Source of the DNA: Trichoplax sp. H2
Lineage: Eukaryota
NCBI GenBank assembly: GCA_003344405.1
Contig: NOWV01000127.1
Coordinates: forward strand, 62,001 to 126,000
Reading direction: 5' to 3'
Length of the DNA stretch: 64,000 bases
Shown here in pieces: positions 54,317-64,000 of the stretch (positions are counted from its first letter, which is position 1; every line of letters starts with the position of its first letter). Position numbers and translations under genes: made by a program. The notes beneath the pieces are model-generated. The model did not search any database and was not told the DNA's origin. It was given only the letters and a program-made list of their open reading frames with translations.

Positions 54317-57292
54317 ATGTTTTCACAATCTCTTAGTGGAAATAATACTGGTACATTCAAATTTGGTGCTGGTGGCAACACTGCTACCACACAAGCCAAT
54401 CCGTTAGGTGGTGGTGGTGGCGGCGGCTTTTCCTTCGGAGCATCAAATACCCAAAACGCTGCTAATAAAAGCTTTACCGGATTTGGCAACACAACCACCC
54501 AAGCTGGTAATTTCACAGGTTTGGGTGCCACCGCAGCAGCGTCCGGTGGTTTTGGTGGATTTGGCACCAATACAACCTCACAAGCAGCCGGATTTGCAGG
54601 ATTTGGCAAGACAGCAACCACACAATCAACAGGATTTGGTGGACTCGGTACAAATACTTCTACACCATCGACAGGCTTTGGTAATTTCGGTACAAATACG
54701 TCCACGCAATCGGCTGGCTTTGGAGGATTCGGTACCAATCCAACGACGCAATCTGCAGGATTTAGCACTTTCGGTAAGCCAACGGCCACGCAATCCGCTG
54801 CCTTTGGGGGATTTGGTAATACATCTACTTCACAACCAGCTGGATTTGGTGGCTTTGGTACTACATCAGCGCAACCCACTGGCTTCGGTGGATTCAATAT
54901 GTCAACAACATCCAAACCAACTTTCGGCACAGCAACCACTCAATCGAGCGGATTTGGTAGTTTTGGTACAACAGCACCTCAAGCAATTGGTTTCGGTGGA
55001 TTTGGTAGCCTTGGAGGCAGTTCTGCCTTACAAACAGGATTTGGACCATCGACCGCGACTACCTCTCTATTCGGTAAGCCGTCTGGTAATATAAGTGGAT
55101 TTGGAGCTGGAACCAGTGCGCTTAGCTTTGGCGGTCAAACTACTGCAAGTAATTTACTTGGTGGCCAAGGATTAGCTCCTGGTGTTGGTCAACAAGGTTA
55201 GTTTTCACTGAGCTTATTTCACATTTTAATTATCTTGAAAGACGGTAATTTATTCTGTGCAGTTTAGGAAATAAGTAGTAAGAGTGCGTCTGAATTCATT
55301 ATTGATCATCTATTTGTCAATAGCTGTTCAGGGTGGTGTTCCTGAGAATCTTCTTTTAGTTGCTAGTTGTACCTGTAATATTTTTGGTGATGAAAGGGAT
55401 CTAACACTAGCAAAGTTTAATCAACTTCAAGCTATCTGGGGGCTCGGAAAAGGCTTTTATAATAGACACGCGCCTCCAATTGAGTACCAACGATCGAATC
55501 CTTTGTGTATATTTAAGGTTAGAATCGCTGTGACAATTATATAACTATCAAATACAGAATGTTTTATCAAGATCCTCTTCAGGGTAATTCATAATTTCAA
55601 TGATCCATATTGTTCTTCTTAGACCGTATGCTTTAGTAGCCTGCCTGCAGTAAAAGAATCTGATGGACTTGTTGTTCTTAAACTCAATAAGAAAGAAGCA
55701 GATGTAAATGCTCAAAAACAAAACATTTTAGATGCACTTTATACTGCTTTAGGAAAAAGACCGTTATTATCGGTGCGATTTGTTGATGTTAGAGCTATTG
55801 GCGACAATGCGTAAGTAGATGGTATATTGACCCTATTTCGCGTAGTAGATTGACTTGCTACCAGTGGACTTCATGTTGTAGACTAGTTTAAATTGAAGGG
55901 GATTTTATTTTTAGATCCGAAATGACATTTTATATTGAAGAAAGAGCGCTCAATGGGGTTCGAAAGCGTTACCTTGCTCGTGAGATTATTGATCATTTGT
56001 CTAGAAATAATTTTTCTGTAAGTTTCATCAATATAAACTTGGTCTACGCGTATACGAGATGTACTTTTCATAGATGGTAGCAATATTGGCAAATGATAAT
56101 GATCTAGGTAATATAGAATGCATATTTTTCTGAATCATAGAGCCAAATAGCCAGCTTAGGAATAGTGGATATTTATCCAAAACCGATCATTACTCCACAA
56201 CAAGTTAGAGATGTCCTAGAAAATCCTCCGTCAGGTTCTAATATCGGTATAGATTTCAATTTTTTAATTACGGCAATTGCTAACATTCTAGTATTGTGTA
56301 GGTATTAATCCAGCTGTGTGGAAACAAGCTATTGAGAATAATCCTGATTCCGCAAAGTTAGTCACTTAACTCTTTGGCGCATTAGTTAAGGAGAAAGATT
56401 GACATTATGATACAAGGCATTCTTGTTAAAAGTATTTACCCATTGTTTCCTACGCTATTCTAGTTTAATTCCTATACCAGTAGTTGGATTTGAAGAATTA
56501 TGTGCTAGATTTAAGGCTCAACAAGAAGAAACAAAACGCCAAAATTCTGCTTGTGAAGTAAGACCTATTATTGTGGTAAAATAATTCAATCCTAATAATA
56601 TGCTTATTTTATCCGAAATATTTTGACAGCAAATATCGGATGAGTTGGTTAAATTACAGCAAAAGCAAGCTGTAGTTAGTGCTAGAGTAAATCAGTATCG
56701 ACGTAAACACATGGAACTATGCCATCGTGTGTTAAAGATCATTAGTAAACAAGAGTTAATTAATAAGAGTGGATTTTCGTTAACTGAAGAAGAAGATCAA
56801 TTCCGATTTAGACTTCAGGGAATGGAAACTGATTTCAATGCCCCAAATCAGTTTAAGGTTATTTAGCATTTTATTATATCCATGCAAATTAACTGCCTAG
56901 CTGTATATGGGATACACCAAGCGAGTGATAAAAAGGAATTGATTTTTATCCTTATTGATTGCAGAACCGGCTGTATGAGTTAATGTCTCAAATCAGTATG
57001 AAGAACACAACTTCATCAGGACCACAAAATTTAGAATTTAAGGCAGATGAAGAGACATTGCATACCATTAAAAGAGTTAGTTATACTCGTACACTATTTT
57101 TGATAAAAATAAGATTAAAATAGATTATAATAAGGTTTTTATTAATTGATTTTGTACACGTATTTCCATTATACATAGTATCTAACAAACCAACAGAAAG
57201 CTATAACTGCCTTAGTTGAAACATTTAAAGAAGATCTAGAGGACATTAACGTTATTGAACAAGGCTGGTCAGGTTCTTCAAATAAAAGCTGA
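54317..57292 (+). CDS. NUP54: Nucleoporin Nup54 (FG-repeat N-terminus, alpha/beta and helical domains)
   Basis: An FG-repeat exon (54317-55197) is followed by IFGDERDLTLAKFNQLQAIWGLGKGFY..NPLCIFK, NPPSGINPAVWKQAIENNPDSAKLIPIPVVGFEEL and YRRKHMELCHRVLKII..NAPNQFK. Stop TGA at 57290-57292. Confidence 0.95.
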
Positions 57293-57584
57293 GATAGCAC
57301 TCTGTTAAATTCAAAGTCAAGTCGAAGCTACTGTTGAAAGATTGCAGATTCCTAAAGATATTGTTATTACTTATACTGCAATTTCAGCAATGAATTAATT
57401 CCTTCATTAATTATTGGAAGCCATTTTTGTACAGATACTGATTCAAATTACGACATCAGTATATCATAAAATATCGAATTCAAATAACTTATCATTTTTT
57501 TATTTGGATACAATCATGGTCTATAACGTACGTTTTTTTAATTGGAATATTATATGAATCTTGCGACATATAGACACCAATTGA

Positions 57585-59085
57585 TCAATGATTATAATTA
57601 GCAGCTTTATTTGAAATATCACTGTGACGTCTAACTTTATTACTATGAGATGTATGGTAATGTTCCTTTGCTTTATTTTGGGCGTGATCCCTGCTCTTGG
57701 AACGTTTGTCTGTAGTAGTAACCGACTTTTCGTCTAAACGACTCTTCTTGACGCAGTCTTTAGCACTAGCAAGTTTGGGCAACTCTATAAAGTAAAAATG
57801 TCACATCAAACGTTACTGTAGCATTTATTCAGTCGCTTCTTTAATAAGTCGATTATTGTAAAGCAAAATAAAGTTTTCCATTTTATTTACTATGTATATT
57901 GTAATGCAATATTTGTTATCCGTCCTATCAAGGCAGCGATAAATAACGGAGGCTCTGTACTACTACTGCTTTATATCGAATTTTATAAGTAACATTATTG
58001 TTCGTTGCATTTTGTTTATACTTATTGTAATAAGGTTACGAAATTATTTATCATTGCTACAATAATAGTAGGAACTACCTATATCGTTCTCAATTTATCT
58101 GATAGTCGCTAAGAAATCATTTATCACTCAGGTTACCTTTCCTTTTGTTTGATCGAACAGCATTTGTCATCATATTTTTCAAATAAACCTTATTAGCACC
58201 CGGTAATTTTTTCCTATGTGATGCGGTAGATAAATGTTACACATAAGCAATACACTACGTCAATTTATTATAATTATTATCGCTTTCAGACTACGTTTAA
58301 CTATTTCTACTTGTGTACAGTGGTGATGTATCATAGAGCACACTACTCATTCATTTTAGTTTAATCAGAAATGCGATTTAGCTGCAATATACTACATTTA
58401 TTATCGCTTTTCAGACAACGCTTAACTATTTTTGCTTGTGTACAGTGGTAATGTATCATACATAGAGTACACTACTCATTCTTTCTACTTCAATCAGGAA
58501 TGCAATTTAGCTGCATTTACATTGCAGTCAATTTATCCATACTTTTACATTAACAAGATGGATAAGGTATTTAATGTATCCTTTTGAGTAGAGATTGAAA
58601 GGAATTACCCAGTTTACTTACCATCCAATGACTCCTATTCTTTCAGAGCGATCTTTTCCTCTCTTTGCTTCTTTTAAGATTTCTTCAGCGGCTAACCTGG
58701 AAAATAGGATGAAGTATGATAGAATTAGTACCTTATTACTGCCATCCTTAGAATTAAGTCTCTCTTTCCCTCTCTCTCTCAATCATCGTTCAGTATCGTA
58801 CCATTCCATACAGTAGTGAACTCGTGATTGTATCAGCCAACATGATCGCAATATAACTACAGGTATTGCACACGGTACCTCGATACCTCGCAATTGGAAG
58901 CTATCGAGAGCAACTACTGCAATGTGATATCAATTTCAAAATAAATTTATTGACTAGCTAACAGTACTTGAATCTATTCTTTACTATCTTCATACGAAGT
59001 GTATATGATACTACATAGATCACCTTTCAAGTTCGTCATCATCAAAAGTAGGAAGAGATTTGCTGTCCTTTTTATCCATTGACAT
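57585..59085 (-). CDS. POLR1D: POLR1D isoform-2-like small basic protein (not the RPAC2 polymerase subunit), 4 exons
   Basis: In-phase exons 59024-59085, 58622-58696, 58137-58213 and 57585-57784 give MSMDKKDSKSLPTFDDDELER LAAEEILKEAKRGKDRSERIGVIGW KKLPGANKVYLKNMMTN... This matches recalled human POLR1D isoform 2 (MEEDQELERKAIEELLKEAKRGKTRAETMGPMGWMKCPLASTNKRFLINTIKN). Confidence 0.85.
58255..58515. repeat. ~130 bp direct duplication in an intron
   Basis: 'ttattatcgctttcagac.acg.ttaactattt....ttgtgtacagtggt.atgtatcata..gag.acactactcatt...aatcag.aatgc.atttagctgca' occurs twice. Confidence 0.9.
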
Positions 59086-60578
59086 TAATGCTGATGTGAA
59101 GAGTATATTTACAAGTATTCTATGTATTCCAATTTCGACTGGTGGTTGAAGATCTTCCAACTGTACACCACATCCAGTATGATTGGTTGCTTGAATATCC
59201 GATGATCTACTGATCAGCCAATATTACTCCAAAGACCAAAGCAAAACTCCTACTTTGTCCAAATTGATCATTCCACCCATAGGATTGATTGACTTCAATA
59301 GATGCCAATTATGATGGCTAAGAAAAGCTCAACTTACTGACTGTGAAGATTCTATCTATTTTTATACTTGATGAATTAGCCAAATGGAGACCGCAAGCAA
59401 TCGGTTATGCAAGCCTGATCGTTGTCGTCGTTACCAGTCTACTGGTAACGACGACACTGGACCGTTAACAGACGTTTGGGTATTTTACCCATGACATCAT
59501 TGACTGTATAGCCTTCCGTCTGTCTGTCGTTGTGTCCTAGACTACTCCAAGGCGAGTTGTTTTGAGGAAGTGCATCCATGGACATTGGATAGGACTTTCA
59601 ATAAGGCTGGAGAAAACAACTCTTATAACGTGGTAATATTGTCTACAGTAGCTTTTTAAGACTTGAAAATGAGTCAGTAATAGAGCATGGACTCCTCGTC
59701 TATGCATGGACTTGTGTCTACCTAGTGAAACTACTTAAAAGGTCCCTGATATAACAATATTCAACAATAGATTAAAGATCAATTTCAAGTATCTTGCACA
59801 GTGTCCAGTACAGTGCAGGACAAGACTGTAATGTACATTCTAGTCTGCACTATTTTGCAATTATCTTTTAGTACCCTATTGCTGAAAGTGCTTACTGAAG
59901 CTGTAAAGCAGTTGCAGCAATAGATACTAAACGATAATTGCAAAATGCCAGAGTGTACAATCCACATAGACGACTAGTCCATGTTGACTGAGGCTTGTAT
60001 GCGAAAACACTTTAAAGTCCCTGATGGAACAATTCAACTACAACTTTAACCATAATACAATATCTCCTATAGTACTGGATCAAAACTGTACAAGTATTTC
60101 AGGACAACTTTAAGCCCTTCAACTAGGAAAGGATCTGCAAGCGATCGGAGTGGAAGCGACTAGCTTACCATGGACTTGCAAGTTTTGCAAGTCGCTGCAG
60201 ACCTTGAGCACGCCGGATCGTCTTGCATCCATACTACTTGCTATACAGTGTACAATACGGTAGCTAGAATAGAGTAGAACAAGTATGACAAGGTTCTATT
60301 GTCTATCGTTTCGTGGGACACATTCTACAGTACAAGATCGTACAGTACAAGACTGTACGATCTAGAGTGATTTGACTGAGAGTTTGGGAAATGAGCGTCG
60401 ATGGTACTGTAAAATAGCGAGCAGAAATAATGTCGCAATTCTCGACCTAGAGATGGTATGATAACCTAAGCAATTCTAGTAAATACATGGTTATAAGGTG
60501 ACATTCATTTTTCTACAAATTGATGGATATGCTAGCACCAAATGCGACGACGCAAAGACAAATCCATCGACTGCAATC
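59086..60578. promoter_or_regulatory. Divergent POLR1D-like/FIP1L1 promoter interval
   Basis: Lies between the ATG at 59085 (-) and the ATG at 60579 (+). Confidence 0.6.
59423..59456. other. Perfect 16-bp inverted repeat with 2-nt spacer
   Basis: tgtcgtcgttaccagt-ct-actggtaacgacgaca. Confidence 0.95.
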
Positions 60579-61764
60579 ATGGCAGATGTAGAACAGCCCG
60601 CGGCTCAAGATGAAGGATCGCCAGCCCTTTCTCAAGCTGAAAATGAAGGTATTAAAACATAATATAGTTGAGATGATGGTAGTACTTGATTCTGGACTAG
60701 AGTACTGCTTCTATCTACTGTAAACTCTGTCATTATTTTCCATTTTGTTGGCGTACTGTGAGCCCAACAAGGAGATGCTGTTCAATGTCGGCGTTTTCCT
60801 TGCAGTGACTCACCAGCTCTTGCTAGGTGCTATCTTCATGTATCATTATAGAGTTACTACCGCGGATGACTGCTCGATATGAAGTAATGTAGTATTCCAA
60901 CTGCAACTATTGTGTGTTTTAGCTTAAAAACTTCATTTTTTTCTGATTAAATGATGGATGATTGATATTTTGCAAAGTCCTATTCGATTTCGCTTGATTT
61001 TGATATCGGTCATTGTCGATAATGTGGACATGGCCTAGCCATGCACTCGATGCATTTTACTCTATCCATTCCTACTGTCATGAAAGCGATAAAAGTGTAA
61101 AAGATCAGAGTTGTAGGATCGAATTTGTAGTGCATAGCTTATTCAATTGCGATGAATTATATCTTAGCAAGAGCCGCTAATACAATTTGCAGTTTGTAAT
61201 GATGACATATTAATGCGACAGATCAGCCAAATGTAACAAATCATGAGGAACAAGCTAAGGAAGAAGCTCAAGTCATCAAACCTTTGGTAACAGTAAGACC
61301 AGATAGTGATGAACCAGTGGTAGACAATCAAGTACAGCCGGTAATGACATAATAATACCTAATCGTAGTAAATAGGCCATTGGAGTCAAGATGTTGTAGT
61401 GGCTGCATCCAATGGGACAATCACCATTCAATCAACTTTTTATGTGCACAGGAGGAAGAAGAAACGCCAAAAATAGAGATGGAATCCCAGGGTGAAGATG
61501 CTGAAGAAAATATTGAAAAAACTACTGAAGAAAATATGGAAGAAAATATGGAAGAAAATATGGAAGAAAATATGGAAGAAAATATTGAAGAAAATATGGA
61601 AGAAAATATGGAAGAAAATATGGATGAAAATATTGAAGAAAATATTGAAGAAAATATTGAGGAAAATATTGAAGAAAATATAGAAGAAAATATTGAAAAT
61701 GAGCAAGCAAATGAAGATAATAAGGATGAAGGAGATAATGACGACAAAGGCAACGATGACGATA

Positions 61765-61807
<43 letters not shown>

Positions 61808-64000
61808 CGATGATATCCAAATTCATATCGGGGATGTAACAGCGACATCGACTACCTCCTTTCCAAGGTATTTAACCATTGTAGACAACTTTAACTAAGA
61901 TATATTATAATAATAATTAAAATTCTTACTAACGATACAATCTGACTAAACGCTAGCGGTCCAAATGTACCATTTAAAAGTGGTACTCGAACATCGGGAA
62001 CTGGAACAGGTAAATCATTGATCCCGTAGCCGACTTTCTTGCAGTAGCAGCATAAATTCTCTAACTTATGTTTCAGAGCTTATATTTAGAAATTAATAAT
62101 CGATACAAGTGGAAAGAGAAAGTTCCATTCGATGTAGTCCGCTAATTACTTTTATATTTGTACATAGGTGCAAGCAAGAAGGTTATTGATATTGAAGCTG
62201 AAGGACAAGTGGATGGCACCCCTTTGTACGAGTATGATATAGATGATAGTGAAAAACCATGGAGGAAGCCAGGTACGACTTTTGGCTAATAGCACATTTA
62301 CGTCTATTTATGAACAGTAAAGATAGTCAGATTCTTGACGTTGTCAATATCTTTTATCCTTATGCACCACATAGTCATCCCTTAGCCTTGCCTCTAGTAC
62401 TAACTGAGACTAACTGAACCCTTTATTAGGTGCTGATATTACTGACTACTTTAATTACGGATTTAATGAAGAAGTTTGGAAGCAATATTGCGAGAAGCAA
62501 CGCAAATTGAGGGCAGAGATTGCAAATGGATTATATAATCCGCCACCAAAAGTACAAGAAAACTTTTACATATTATTAATAACCGTCGCCATCGTAGTAA
62601 TCTTGCTATTGATAATCTGATAGTATTATCTTCCATTAATCCTACTCTTATGAATTAGGGATCATTGCCATCAATACATAAGAGTGAACTTAATACTCAA
62701 GCTGCTAAGACTGATGCAGTGAGTGCGACTGGTAAGGATTGACTCTAATTTAGAATCCTACTTTCTTCAGATACTCTGAAGCTGTACAGCTTTTGCATTT
62801 ATTGTTGACTTTATACTGGTCTACTTATCATTAGATGCACTATTAAAATGAATTTTTTTATTAATCTAGCAGGAAAGCGACTTCCCAACAAAGCTGGACC
62901 GCCTCCAGATAGGAAAACAGAGGGAGCTATCGCTGTTATTGGAGTCGGTAAGTGTATCCGCTATCACAAGTTTATATCTTATACTAACCATCGGCGTTTT
63001 GAATTAGTGTTGGTATCTTTTATCATTGATTGAAAATTTGTCGCAAGCAGTGCAATGATTGAAGTTGCTATTTGTTTTACGTAGCTGACAGCCGACGCAG
63101 ACTGGATGAGTTACCTGCGACATCGGAAATAAACATTCCCCAGAGGTTTTGGAATAATTTAATGCAAAGTTGTAATTAATCGAACTACTGGATATTGGAT
63201 ATTTATAACATCTTACTAATTACCATTTTAGGGACACGAATAAAAATAATTCTAGCCAATCTCGACAATCGCAATCCAACGTAGGTCCTGGTATGGTACA
63301 GGTAAATACTAGTATTCCACCCCCTATGATGAGTGGCCAGCAATTTTCTCAGCCAGCAAATCAAGCCAATTCGGCTAGTGGTCCAATCATGAATAATCAT
63401 CCCAATCCAGCCCCTCCTGTGCAGCAGTTTCTCGTTCCTCCACTTAGTCATAACTTACCACCACCCAATATGCAACTTCCGCCACCCATTCCAAATCCAC
63501 CTCCAATGGTTGTACCAGGATTTAATGCTATGCAAGGTGAAGGAATACCTCCGGCTGGCTTTCATAATATGAATATGCCTCCAGTTGGTATGGGTAGAGG
63601 CCGTGGAAGAGGTGGTATGGGTATCCCGGGAATGGGCCTACCCGGTCAAGGTCCAGGTGAATTCCAACCAGGAATGGAAGATAGGTACAATGTCATGTCA
63701 CGAATATAACAAATGTGAACGTAATAGCAGACAATGTTAATCACTACATTCTTTTTTACTATAATGGTGGATGGTAGACCTTTTTTTGCCGGCTCAGGTA
63801 ATGCTGCTAATTACGTAATTATATTTGAATTGTTGATATTCACTGTTGACTATAAAACTTATCCTGATATTTTTTTATGGCAAACATTCTATTTGATATA
63901 GGTCAGGCGACTTCACCTGATATTTGGCCTCCTAATCAAGAATTCCCTCAAGGCTTTAATCCAGAGTCGAGAGGTCATAGCTCTGTTTCCGATAGTGAAA
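60579..64000 (+). CDS. FIP1L1: Pre-mRNA 3'-end processing factor FIP1 (3'-partial)
   Basis: An acidic N-terminus ends [11 protein letters not shown]. The Fip1 motif is split over exons ~62169-62272 and 62430-62550 ([57 protein letters not shown]). [11 protein letters not shown] and Pro-rich exons follow, and the gene runs off the window end. Confidence 0.95.
61527..61694 (+). repeat. Coding 12-bp minisatellite (GAAGAAAATAT[G/T/A]) x14 encoding EEN[M/I]
   Basis: Read directly from ORF 61380..61898. Confidence 0.95.
61767..61805 (+). repeat. (GAT)n microsatellite encoding poly-Asp in FIP1L1
   Basis: Direct sequence. Confidence 0.95.

Noticed and set aside
54280-55094. Antisense 219-aa and frame-shifted 228-aa ORFs over NUP54
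   Set aside because: Shadow ORFs caused by the low-complexity FG-repeat codons.
61421-61848. Overlapping ORFs giving (KKIW)n amphipathic, (SSIF)n, poly-His and poly-Ile peptides
   Set aside because: Alternative-frame and antisense readings of the FIP1L1 12-bp and GAT repeats.

Overview
Eukaryotic (animal) genomic DNA: AT-rich, with compact genes and short GT-AG introns. The style and gene set suggest a placozoan such as Trichoplax (inference). Eight intron-containing genes are supported: an uncharacterised coiled-coil gene (+, probably 5' partial), a DLC1/STARD13-type SAM-RhoGAP-START gene (-), MDC1 (-), SLAIN (+), OFD1 (-), NUP54 (+), a stand-alone POLR1D-isoform-2-like gene (-) and FIP1L1 (+, 3' partial). 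A ~20 kb gene-poor stretch (12.3-32 kb) is built largely from degenerate local tandem duplications. The most striking signal lies in the head-to-head promoter intervals, which are packed with nested TA-CAG-TA / TA-CTG-TA (and TA-CAGTG-TA / TA-CACTG-TA) units. Aligning paralogous repeat copies by eye shows they differ by CAGTA/CTGTA blocks placed exactly after TA dinucleotides. This is the canonical excision footprint of Tc1/mariner-type (Sleeping Beauty-like) transposons, suggesting promoter-focused 'scar fields' of repeated insertion and excision. The gene content (POLR1D, FIP1L1, STARD13/8, SLAIN, NUP54) also matches the vertebrate ParaHox-flanking linkage group. Exon boundaries and homologies were read by eye and from memory, with no database searches.
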